DNA of 64,000 bases, from assembly GCA_948891265.1 (NCBI GenBank), contig CAQUBD010000004.1, positions 4,223 to 68,222 of the forward strand, given 5' to 3'. Source of the stretch: an uncultured Clostridia bacterium (GTDB lineage: Bacteria > Bacillota > Clostridia > TANB77 > CAG-508). How positions within the stretch are numbered: the stretch's first letter is position 1; each line of letters starts with the position of its first letter. Of this stretch, positions 20,170 through 29,884 are shown in pieces. The position numbers and the translations under genes are program-made. The notes below the pieces were generated by a model. It ran no database searches, had not been told where the DNA came from, and was given only the letters and a program-made list of their open reading frames with translations.

Positions 20170-21038
20170 TTAATTATATGTTATTCTTATTATTTCATTT
20201 GATATTTCTTGAATAAACTTTAAAGTAAGATAATAAGTTTCTAATGTGTTTTTATCAATTAATTTTTTAAATATGTGTTCTTTAAACATATTTCCAGAAA
20301 AGATTCTAAAATATATTTTGCCATTTCTGATTACTACATCAAAATCTAATAGAGTATCCTTACCAAATGTTTCTGCAAGATTTTTTATTTTAATATCATT
20401 TAATGTACTATATGTTTTTATAAAACCATTATTTCCTTCTATAGATAAATCGAATTTTTTATTAATATTTGTTTCAATAACTGCAAATATACCATTAAAT
20501 AGTTTTTTTATTTTCCTATATCGTCCATATCCTATTATATCTATTGAACTTATTTGATGAATTAGTATATAATATCTATATTGATTTTTCCACTAATAGA
20601 TTTTTCATTAAACAATCTGTCAATATTAGCCTCATAAAAACCTGATAAAATAAATTCTCTCATTATTTCTGCCATATTACTTTTGTCTAAATATGTCCAA
20701 TTAGCATTAACTTCTCTTATTATTGGTAACATTATTATATCATAATAATTAGTTTTAAATTTTGCTTTATTTCTATTTATCAACTTTGAAATAAGAAAAA
20801 ATATTAGTATTGCAAAAAGTCCACTAGTAGATGATATGATATTTAAAGTATCCATTGATGATGCTTTATAATTTCCAATAATATAAATAATAGATATACC
20901 AATAATAATTAAGCAAATAAACTGTATAATAATCATAATTTTAAGATTATTTGCTTGTTTTTCTAATTTTTTTAAATTATTTCTGTTTTCTATATTCTTA
21001 AATTCTTTATCGAACACTAATTTTATACCTTCTTTCAC
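20170..21038 (-). pseudogene. DUF3137-like membrane protein, frame broken at an A5 run
   Basis: Track ORF 20562-21038 stops shortly after GGAAAAATC (T5 at 20585-20589 on the plus strand). The -1 frame continues open to 20170 (..HQISSIDIIGYGRYRKIKKLFNGIFAVIETN..ITYN*). One extra A would fuse them. Confidence 0.45.
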
Positions 21039-21189
21039 ATTATATCTATAAATATATCACATTTAAAAAAGATTATCAATTTTATCTTAAATGGTAAAAT
21101 ATTCTAAAAAATTACAAAGGTCACAAAAAAATCAACCTTTTACAGTTGATTTATCAATGCTTTCGTCTGGTGCGACGATTTTACTTGGG

Positions 21190-21263
<74 letters not shown>

Positions 21264-21411
21264 ATTTGCTTTAACAATTATAGATTATAAATTATTTTGT
21301 CTTAACTGTCAATAGTTTTTTAATTTTTTTATTTTTTGCAAATTAGGACATTACAATTCTCATCTATATTATTTTGGGCCCATATTTCACAATTATTTAT
21401 TGAAATTACAG

Positions 21412-21646
21412 TTAAATTTCAACAAGTATTAAATCATCCCCTATACATTTTATGTTTTTCCATGGAATTACTATATCATTATTGGAAGAAAAAATATTAA
21501 TAAGTTTATTACTACCTGGAACAATTATAGAGGTAATATTTCCACTTTCTAAATCTGCACATACATCTTGAACATATCCGAAGTCTTCTTCCATCTTTTA
21601 TATTAATTACTTCTTTATGTTTAAAATCTAATCCTTTTTGCCCCAT
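21412..21646 (-). CDS. ylmC: YlmC/YmxH-family sporulation protein (PRC barrel), 77 aa if the in-frame CGG at 21578-21580 is bypassed by +1
   Basis: ATG at 21646 (AAGGAG upstream) reads MGQKGLDFKHKEVINIKDGRRL, then CTT-CGG-ATA. Skipping the C joins GYVQDVCADLESGNITSIIVPG..ILVEI (track ORF 21412-21594). The paralogue at 25692-25856 has RLGYVQDV uninterrupted. Confidence 0.75.
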
Positions 21647-21868
21647 AACATTTTCTCCTTTCTACTATTATATTATATTAGTAGGAAAATATTGCATATT
21701 TTAAAATAATTGACGCAAAATGGACAGATGACGCTATTAGGGAAACGTCCTAAATAGCGTCATCTCTCATTTTCATCTTTTTTTCTATTTTTATCACATA
21801 TTTCATTTATTTCTTTAGAAACTTTATAAGCCTCATATATAATTTCTTGTTCTTTTACATTTTTATCA

Positions 21869-22637
21869 TTAATCATTACTAAACTCCTTTTCTGATTTAT
21901 CTTTCATAATTTCTGTAAGAACTTCTGTTGCTTCTCTTCTTTCTTTTTCAGACACTCTATTATTATTCTCTTTAAGCTCATCTTCATCAATAATATGGAT
22001 TACTGATTTTTCTTCATTTTGTTCATCTAGTTCTTTATATCTTTCATTTATTCTTCTTGCTTCTTCTATTAATGATTTTGCAGTATCTGTTCTTAAATAT
22101 ATTGGGTTTAATGAAGCTTTCCCTTTAAATCTAGCTCTATCTAAAGCATCTGCATCTTTTAGATATTTACACATAAGTCGAGTATTTTCAATATCTTCCT
22201 CTTCAACTCCAAATCTTAAACACATTCTTTGAAATTCTTTTTCATCAAATTCATTTATATTTTCTTCATTATGTTCGTGATACAAAATTGCTACATTCAC
22301 CATAGCGATTTTACTATATTCTACTCCTTGCTCTCTTAGATATTTCTTTGCAACACTAGTACTGTATATAGCATGTTCATCTTTTCCATCTGCTCTTCTT
22401 CCATTATGAAATTCTTTATCTCTTCCTGAATCATGATATTTTGCTGCTTGTAATAATAAACCTTTAGTTTCATCATCTAGCTTACCTTCTCTATTTGCTA
22501 TCATATATGAAAATAATACTACATCTAAACATTGTTTTCTAAATTCTATTATGTTATTAGGTTTATTGTATTCTTCTATCCATTTATTAAGATATTCATT
22601 ATGATTATATCCTCTTTCTGCTTTTAATTTTTTGCAT
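21869..22637 (-). pseudogene. HD-domain phosphohydrolase, 5' end out of frame at an A4 run
   Basis: ..AAKYHDSGRD.. HD motif. The frame stays open upstream of the track Met to 22630 without an ATG. The only ATG (22637, MQKIKSRKRI*) is in the adjacent frame; removing one A of ATTAAAAGC (T4 at 22622-22625) fuses them. Confidence 0.5.
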
Positions 22638-22685
22638 AAAAATAGAAGGTATAGATTACGCTATATCCTTCTTATATTTATAATT

Positions 22686-23168
22686 TCATTTATCATATTC
22701 ATAATAATATAAAATATTATTATCCATATCTAGTATTCCCAAAGATATGGCATAGTACATTCTATCTTCTAATAATTCATCAATACTATGTTTATCATTT
22801 ACGCCATTACTTCTATTCGTAAATATCCAATAATAATTTTCAATTTTAGGAATTTCATAATATATATTTTCTCTAGTATGAAATTCTAATCTTTCTTCTA
22901 GTCTCTCATCTAATTTTGTGTTTTTCCAATTTTCATTTTTTTCAATTTTTTTTATCATATTTTCTTCTTGAGTTTTTGATAAATATATTTTTATTACTTC
23001 TTCATCGTTAAATAAATCACTATCTTGTAATTCACATACTTCTCTCTTTGTTAACTTTGGTACTCTAAATTCTAAACACTCATTCATTTGCATATCATTA
23101 AAATATAATACTAAACAAACCAATATTAAGATAATAGCAATACTGAAAATTGCAAAAATTCTTTTCAT
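22686..23168 (-). CDS. hypothetical secreted/membrane-anchored protein (160 aa)
   Basis: N-terminal hydrophobic signal/anchor MKRIFAIFSIAIILILVCLVLY; start overlaps the upstream stop (ATGA). Confidence 0.4.
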   Translation of the reverse strand: MKRIFAIFSIAIILILVCLVLYFNDMQMNECLEFRVPKLTKREVCELQDSDLFNDEEVIKIYLSKTQEENMIKKIEKNENWKNTKLDERLEERLEFHTRENIYYEIPKIENYYWIFTNRSNGVNDKHSIDELLEDRMYYAISLGILDMDNNILYYYEYDK

Positions 23169-24241
23169 TATTCCACCACCTTAAAATTGTTCCATTCAAA
23201 TTGTACATCTATTTTATATTCTTTCATTACTTTAAATTTCATAGAGTAATATGCAAAATTATATAGAGTACTTGAAAATATACTTTTAAGAACACTATTT
23301 GTATCAAAATAATAATCACTAATATTTTTAAAATCTGAATAGTCATATGTATCATGCAATTTAAGATCTAAATTCCAATTTTCATTTTGTTTTTTTCCTA
23401 TCATCTTCAATTCTGCTTTATTGATTGCAAAGTATAAATCCTTATCACTAAAACTTACTGGAAAATCTTCATCTACATTACTATCAAACACAAATTTATT
23501 ATTACTTCCATATTTTTTTATTATTTTACTTATCGTTTTCTGAAATTGTTCTTGTTTCTTTATTTCTTCAACAACCTTTCCTTCTGTAAAAAATAATTCT
23601 TCTGGTTTTTCTTCTAACGAATGTTGTAAAAATTCTGCTGCTATTTTAAAATTTGCGTATCTTCCTCCAACTTCAATTACTGTTTGCCAAAATGCATATT
23701 GCATTTCTTTAAACTTATTCTTTTCATACTGATTTTTATTTCTATACATATTGAATATATAACTAAAACTTGTAATTAATAATTTTAGTTTTTCATCATC
23801 TTCTTCATAATTACTATTTTCTAATTTAGAAAGATTATTCTCAAATTTTCTTTCCTTTTTATATAAATCGTAGGCTTCTTTTAGTTTCATTTTTCTTGTT
23901 GTTATCATTTCTTCAAATTTTTCTACTTGATTAATATTATCAATATCTGTATTTATCTGTTCTTTTAATTTATCAAAATTCCCATAATGTAATTTGTCTA
24001 AATATTGATATGTTAAATACCTATCAGCTAACCAAATTTTTTGTTCTTTATTAACTCCTGAAATATTTGTTTTATTCATAATGTTTCTATATAAAAATTG
24101 TTCCTTATTTTTTCCTCTAGCTGGTTTCTTCATATCTAAAAATTTGAATATATTATTAATACAACCATTCTCAAATTGGCTTTTAGATTTTTTCATATCT
24201 CTTTCACATAACATACATTCATGCATATTCATCGCCTCCAA
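23168..24241 (-). CDS. hypothetical 357-aa protein
   Basis: ORF only; translationally coupled to the downstream gene. Confidence 0.4.
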   Translation of the reverse strand: MEAMNMHECMLCERDMKKSKSQFENGCINNIFKFLDMKKPARGKNKEQFLYRNIMNKTNISGVNKEQKIWLADRYLTYQYLDKLHYGNFDKLKEQINTDIDNINQVEKFEEMITTRKMKLKEAYDLYKKERKFENNLSKLENSNYEEDDEKLKLLITSFSYIFNMYRNKNQYEKNKFKEMQYAFWQTVIEVGGRYANFKIAAEFLQHSLEEKPEELFFTEGKVVEEIKKQEQFQKTISKIIKKYGSNNKFVFDSNVDEDFPVSFSDKDLYFAINKAELKMIGKKQNENWNLDLKLHDTYDYSDFKNISDYYFDTNSVLKSIFSSTLYNFAYYSMKFKVMKEYKIDVQFEWNNFKVVE

Positions 24242-24290
24242 TCTTACTACTATTTTACCATATTTTCCTATTTCAGCAATATTTGATATT

Positions 24291-25120
24291 TTATTTGTCT
24301 AACTGTCTTATTTCTTTTGCATTTTTATTAGAAATTACTTTTTTTCCTGTTTCTTTTTCCAACTGTTCTCTAGCAAGTTTAGCAATGTTGCCACCTTTTA
24401 TAACTGATTGTTCTGCACCTTTGATTCCTTTTTCATTCGTACTTTTAGATATTTCTGTAGAAGATGTTTCTGCTAACATATTTAAAACTAATTCCATATT
24501 AGTCATGTTATCACGTAGATTCTCTTTTTTCAGTCCTTTCAAATTTTTATATTCTTTTACAGAATATCCACTCCAAACCTCAGTCAGCATATTTGTTAAT
24601 ATCGCAAAATCTTTATTTTTACTAACACCTACTCTTTTTAGTTCATCTGTAAATTCTTTTCTTACATCAATTGTTTTTAATCTTTGGTTTATCCATTCTT
24701 CTGAATATCCTTTTTTTCTATAAGTATCTAATGCTCTATTTATTGTAATTTCTGGATCATAAGCTTCATCTATTCTTTCTTTTCCAACTTGTGCCAGCCA
24801 TAGTTTAAATGGTTCTGCTTTTCTTGATGGAATTGATTGTACTAATCTCAAAATTTGTTCTGTATTCATTACATCTGTATCTCTTAATTTTCCATCATAT
24901 GCTTTCATTTTCAACTGGTTAGTATTACTAACCAGTTCACTTCCTTCTTGAATTAACTTGTTTTTTAACCATTTCCAATAATTTCTCGATTTTTGATAAT
25001 CATTATCAGTAAGAATTCCAACCACATCTACTACTGAAAAGTACCAATTTTCTTCATCTTCATTCCATGCCACCCTAATATTTTTATCTTCAAATAATTT
25101 AATATATTATTTTGTTCCAT
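24291..25120 (-). pseudogene. Bro-N/DinD-like (phage antirepressor-type) protein, 5' end out of frame at an A-run
   Basis: ..NWYFSVVDVVGILTD.. Bro-N-like domain. The ATG with GAGGT RBS at 25120 reads MEQNNIL in the +1 neighbour frame. One extra A in TTAAATTA (25098-25100) would give MEQNNILKLFEDKNIRVAWNEDE.. Confidence 0.5.
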
Positions 25121-25551
25121 TTCTTACCTCTTTTCCAACTTTCGCTATTTAAAATTTCTAAATAGTAAAAGTTTATCTTTATCTTCTATATTTATATCAC
25201 ATCTCAAACATATTTTCAATAGCTTTTGCGAATTTTTGTTCTTTTATTTTTGTATTTTGTTATTGCTCATCCTTAAATTTATAGAGTAGCCATGCGTTTG
25301 GGAACACTTTTTATTTTATGTAGCGGATTGTGGGGACCGTTCTAGAAACTGTTAATATAACTTAAAACAGTCTCTATATTTTAACGATTTCAAATTTAGA
25401 ATAAAGCAGAAAATTAAAATACAGTTTCTTGAATGGGGATAGTGGAATAAAATAAAAAGTTTTACCAAAGGTAGCTTGGCGGACTATTTTTATGCCAAAG
25501 CTGACTGGTACTGCATTTTAAAAGAGCATATTTTCTTATGCTCTTCTTAAC

Positions 25552-25677
25552 CTATAATTCCACTTTACAAACCACATCATAACAATATTTTTCTTTTACT
25601 GTATAGCCTGTCCTTTTTTGATTCTTTTTTGTAACGTAGGTATTTTTCCTACGAACTCTATCAAATGCAAAACTCAT
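25552..25677 (-). pseudogene. possible relic of an IS3-family OrfA N-terminus (41 aa)
   Basis: MSFAFDRVRRKNTYVTKKNQKRTGYTVKEKYCYDVVCKVEL* loosely resembles the ..YT.EFK..AV.. start of IS3 OrfA proteins; weak. Confidence 0.2.
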
Positions 25678-25691
25678 ATATCTGCTTTCTA

Positions 25692-25856
25692 TCAAACTTT
25701 TTTCAAACTTATATCTATTCTCTTTCTTGCAACCATGATAGATGTTATAATTCCTGTTTCTAAATCAGCACAAACATCTTGAACATATCCTAATCTCTTT
25801 CCGTCTTTAATATTAACTACTTCTTTATGTTTAAAATCTAATCCTTTATCTTGCAT
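25692..25856 (-). pseudogene. truncated ylmC paralogue (54 aa; native 5' part left next to sigG)
   Basis: Own translation MQDKGLDFKHKEVVNIKDGKRLGYVQDVCADLETGIITSIMVARKRIDISLKKV*. About 85% nt identity to 21520-21646 over ~125 nt, then diverges. Confidence 0.6.
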
Positions 25857-25955
25857 ATATACCTCCATAAAAAGTAATTAGAATTATATATTTTATATAA
25901 TTCTAACTTAAATATCATCTTTATAACAATATATTCAATAACTTTAAAAAATTAA

Positions 25956-26729
25956 CTATTTATATAATCTTTTTATATGTTCAATAGCATTTTTTTCTAG
26001 TCTAGAAACTTGTGCTTGTGATATTCCGATTTCATTGGCAACTTCCATTTGAGTCCTTCCATCAAAAAATCTTTTATTAATTATCATTTTTTCTTTGTCA
26101 TTTAATTTTGTCATTATTTGCATTATTGTCATATTTTCAGTCCAGATTTCATCTGTATTCTTACTATCTCTTACTTGATCCATTATATATATACTTTCTG
26201 CTCCGTCATTATATACTGGTTCTTGAAGTGATACTGGGTCTTGAATCGCATCAAAACTGAAAGCTATACTTTCTCTTTCTACTCCTAATTCTTTTGCTAT
26301 TATATCAATAGTTGGCTCTTTTCCATTTTCTTTTGTATACTTTTCTTTAAATTGCATAGCTTTATATGCTAAATCTCGTACTGATCTACTAACTCTTATA
26401 CTATTATTATCTCTTAAATATCTTTTTACTTCCCCTATTATCATTGGCACTGCATATGTTGAAAATTGAACATTTTGACTCAAGTCAAAATTGTCTATTG
26501 CTTTTATTAATCCTACACAACCTACTTGAAATAAGTCATCAGCATTTTCTCCTCTTCCATAAAATCTCTGAATAACACTTAATACTAATCTTAAATTTCC
26601 ATTTATAAATGTTTGTCTTGCTTCTTCATCTCCTTGTTTTATTTTCACAAATAATTCTTCTTTTTCTTCTCTTGTAAGTAAAGGTAACTTTGATGTGTTT
26701 ACTCCACATATCTCAACTTTGTTTAACAA
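25956..26729 (-). CDS. sigG: RNA polymerase sporulation sigma factor SigG
   Basis: NKVEICGVNTSKLPLL.., NGNLRLVLSVIQRF, FSTYAVPMIIGE, EIGISQAQVSRLEK closely follow SigG; position after sigE. Confidence 0.9.
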   Translation of the reverse strand: MLNKVEICGVNTSKLPLLTREEKEELFVKIKQGDEEARQTFINGNLRLVLSVIQRFYGRGENADDLFQVGCVGLIKAIDNFDLSQNVQFSTYAVPMIIGEVKRYLRDNNSIRVSRSVRDLAYKAMQFKEKYTKENGKEPTIDIIAKELGVERESIAFSFDAIQDPVSLQEPVYNDGAESIYIMDQVRDSKNTDEIWTENMTIMQIMTKLNDKEKMIINKRFFDGRTQMEVANEIGISQAQVSRLEKNAIEHIKRLYK

Positions 26730-26996
26730 AAGAAAACCTCCTTTGAAATTTGTTTAGTTAAAGTATTTCCAAATTTGGTTTTTTTATGCTTCTTGTTTTT
26801 CTATAGTTGATATTATAAGAAAATTTTTGTTTTCCTATTGTATAACAAAAGGGACATGATTAAAATTTTTTAACATTTTAGCTTACTTACATGCCCCGTG
26901 TTTGTTCACCTGCGAAAATTGCATTGCAATTCCCTGTAGAATGTTTTTTTATTGTGTAGGAAAAATTTATTTTTCCTATACAACAAGAAACTGCTC

Positions 26997-27614
26997 TCAC
27001 TCTGAGAGCAGCTCACTTATTTTTTCATTTCTCTTTTTTATTAATTCTTTAAAAAATTCTTCTACTTGTTTAGGATTTTTTGCATTTGTAATGCTTCTTT
27101 CTTTAATTGCATATACAATAATATCTTCTACTATCGCTTCTTCGATAGCCTTTTTTAGAAGTAATTCTAACACTCTTTTTGATATTTCCTTTTCTTTTGC
27201 AAATTCACCCTTTGACATTTTAGAGTATGAAAATTCTATTGCTACTTTTTCAATCTCATCATCTGAAAATTGAGAGAATATATATAAATCTCTTTCTTTT
27301 CTCATTTTGTAATATTTGAGATGAGTTTTTGCTCCTGCTGTTGTATCATGTACTTTCTGATTATTAATAGATTTCCTTTCCATCTTCTCTATTAATTCTT
27401 CTGTAATCAGATTTTTTATAATAGCTACTTCTAAACATTTATAGAAGCAACTTTCTTTTATATCATATTTATTCATAAAATATGATCTTGCATACTCTTC
27501 AGGAGAATTTGCGTATTCTGTTGCAATTTTTTTACATAACTCTAAAAGTTCTCTTTCTTCCATCGTCTTTTTTAACTCTCTAAAAGACCGCTTCCACCTC
27601 TTACTAGTTTCCAT
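26997..27614 (-). CDS. hypothetical 205-aa protein inserted between sigE and sigG
   Basis: GAGGAGG 5 nt before the ATG. Contains an in-frame CGG at codon 9 (27588-27590, AAG-CGG-TCT) that does not need a shift. Confidence 0.45.
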   Translation of the reverse strand: METSKRWKRSFRELKKTMEERELLELCKKIATEYANSPEEYARSYFMNKYDIKESCFYKCLEVAIIKNLITEELIEKMERKSINNQKVHDTTAGAKTHLKYYKMRKERDLYIFSQFSDDEIEKVAIEFSYSKMSKGEFAKEKEISKRVLELLLKKAIEEAIVEDIIVYAIKERSITNAKNPKQVEEFFKELIKKRNEKISELLSE

Positions 27615-27841
27615 TTTTTACCTCCTCAAAATAAGATTTGGTTAATACACTTTTTTACTTTTTATATTATATAACATTTTCTCATTTATTTCAATACTTT
27701 TATGTTAATCACTATAAGAACAAAAGAAGCATAATTAAAATTTATTAACATTTTAGATTACTTTTAATGCGTTGTCTTGGTCTATACAGTAATTTTATAT
27801 CTAACAAGGCTAGACAAAATATAAAAAACAAATTAAACTAA

Positions 27842-27969
27842 AGAACAAATCGGAAAGCTAATAAATTTGTAGTATGTTATTTAAAACTATAAATTTTAAT
27901 TATTAATAAATTATAAATAGCAAAGCTTTCCGTAAATTTGTTCATGTGCAAAATTTTCGTTAGAAAATT
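27842..27969. repeat. 128-bp palindromic intergenic element, copy B
   Basis: See copy A (7933-8060); lies 15 nt downstream of the repaired sigE stop. Confidence 0.8.
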
Positions 27970-27983
27970 AATATACATAGCAG

Positions 27984-28731
27984 TTATCCTGTCTTACTCA
28001 TAATTTCTTTTTTCATCTTATTTATAATCTTTTTTTCTAATCTAGATATATAACTTTGTGATATTCCGAAGTTCATCTGCAACTTCCTTTTGGGTTTTTT
28101 CTTTTCCAGTTATAAAACCAAACCTCATTTCCATTATATTTTTTTCTCTATCATTTAGCTTAAGAATTGAAGCTCTTAATAATTTTTTATCAACTTCATC
28201 TTCTAAATTTCTTGAAGTAATGTCAGGGTCTGTTCCTAATATATCTGATAATAGTAATTCATTTCCATCGCAATCTTTATTTAACGGTTCGTCTATTGAA
28301 ATTTCTCCCTTTATTTTATTATTTTTTCTTAAATACATAAGTATTTCATTTTCAATACATCTTGAAGCATATGTTGCAAGTTTGATATTTTTATCAGCAT
28401 TAAAAGTATTAACTCCTTTCATTAAGCCTATTGTACCTATAGAAATTAAATCTTCTATTCCTATACCTGTATTTTCAAATTTTTTTGCTATATATACAAC
28501 AAGTCTCAAATTTCTTTCAACAAGAATTTGTCTTGTTTTCAAGTTATCTTCTTCTGATAATTTTTTTATTAGTTCTTCCTCTTCCTTTGTTTCTAAAGGT
28601 GGCGGAAGTGTTTGGCTTCCTGCTATGTAAAATATCGGTAAATATTCTACTTCATTATCATCATTTATGTACTTTGCACACACACTTGTTATGTTATCGA
28701 TCCCATTCTTTAATAATTCAATAATATTCAT
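27984..28731 (-). CDS. sigE: pro-sigma-E sporulation sigma factor, 248 aa if the in-frame CGG at 28066-28068 is bypassed by +1
   Basis: ..[12 protein letters not shown].., [51 protein letters not shown]. The zero frame ends ..[14 protein letters not shown]. Skipping the C of CTT-CGG-AAT gives [33 protein letters not shown], the conserved region 4.2. Confidence 0.85.
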
Positions 28732-28766
28732 TTTGCACCTCCATTATTATTTATGAATTTTATATT

Positions 28767-29663
28767 CTAATATAATTCCATTCCTATTAAAGCATTATAT
28801 TCTCCTCGTTTTGTTAGAGATTTATTATATATTCCTATTATTGCATTATCTTTCTTTTCTATTTGTTCATTTATTATTTCTATACTTTGTGGTTTTATTC
28901 CTATTAGCATACCATTTTGTTTACCTAATGATGAAAATGGTATCATTTTTAATTTAGAAATATATTCTTCTTTTATATGTTCTGGTATTTTTTCAAAATC
29001 ACCTCCTAATATAGCTTCAGTGTTATTTAATATCTCTTTTGGAACTAAATCATACAACGCTACCTTTTCTACTACTATTACAGGATTTCCTGTAATAGGT
29101 TCTTTAAGCATATTTCCTGTATCGACCATTGCTGTTAAATCTTTTTCTTTTCCGTCTAATTTTATTTTTATCTTACATATCATATCTTTCTTAGTTATTT
29201 TACTTTTGGCTAATTTAAAAGCTATAATTAATATGATTGTTCCTATTATTGCACCAATAAATATAACTTTTAATACATATGTTCCCACATACATGCCATT
29301 TTTTATAATTATATTTTGTGGTTTTAATACATAAATTAAATATGTTGCAACTCCCCCAAATGTAAATGTTGTTAAATAAAATAATACTAATTCTTTACAC
29401 ATTTTCTTTATATCTTGTGGATTAAATGCTATATATACAATAATTATTGACAAAATTAATTTTATTATTGAATTTGCATATATATCCAACTTTGATATAT
29501 ATTGAATTGCTACATATATTGCACCTATAAGACTTGAAATAAAAATTTTCAGATAATATATTTTTACTTTTGAAATTATTCCAGTTGCATATAGTATTAT
29601 ATAATTCATTATTAAATTTTCTATAATTATAATATCTAAATAAATTGTTATTTTAATCACCAC
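28767..29663 (-). CDS. spoIIGA: sigma-E processing aspartic peptidase SpoIIGA
   Basis: Five N-terminal TM helices and the DTGN active-site motif (AMVDTGNMLKEP); upstream of sigE; GTG start. Confidence 0.9.
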   Translation of the reverse strand: MVIKITIYLDIIIIENLIMNYIILYATGIISKVKIYYLKIFISSLIGAIYVAIQYISKLDIYANSIIKLILSIIIVYIAFNPQDIKKMCKELVLFYLTTFTFGGVATYLIYVLKPQNIIIKNGMYVGTYVLKVIFIGAIIGTIILIIAFKLAKSKITKKDMICKIKIKLDGKEKDLTAMVDTGNMLKEPITGNPVIVVEKVALYDLVPKEILNNTEAILGGDFEKIPEHIKEEYISKLKMIPFSSLGKQNGMLIGIKPQSIEIINEQIEKKDNAIIGIYNKSLTKRGEYNALIGMELY

Positions 29664-29782
29664 TTTTTTCTATAGATAGTCTATCTTAATACTCTATATT
29701 TTTTATATTAGCTACTATTATATAAAAATTTTTATTTATTTTACTATATTAAAATTACGAAGTCTGTCTTTTCTTATTGTAG

Positions 29783-29817
29783 AAAAAAAGAAATAATCGA
29801 ACTTAATCGATTATTTC
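29783..29817 (-). terminator. rho-independent terminator after ftsZ
   Basis: Minus strand GAAATAATCGA-TTAAGT-TCGATTATTTC followed by T7. Confidence 0.7.
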
Positions 29818-29884
29818 TTCTATATTTATGTAAGATATGTCTCTTTTGGACATTTTGTCCAAATAGAACCGTCCCTTTTGGACA

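Noticed and set aside
28058-28630. Long plus-strand ORFs lying antisense to well-supported minus-strand genes (e.g. 524-751, 2218-2445, 24283-24723, 28058-28630, 30333-30818, 31885-32400, 33578-34180, 41216-41809, 42681-43217, 53347-53709, 59257-59670)
   Set aside because: Low-complexity Leu/Phe/Ile/Ser-rich translations typical of the antisense strand of AT-rich genes. No RBS, and each fully overlaps a gene with clear family motifs.
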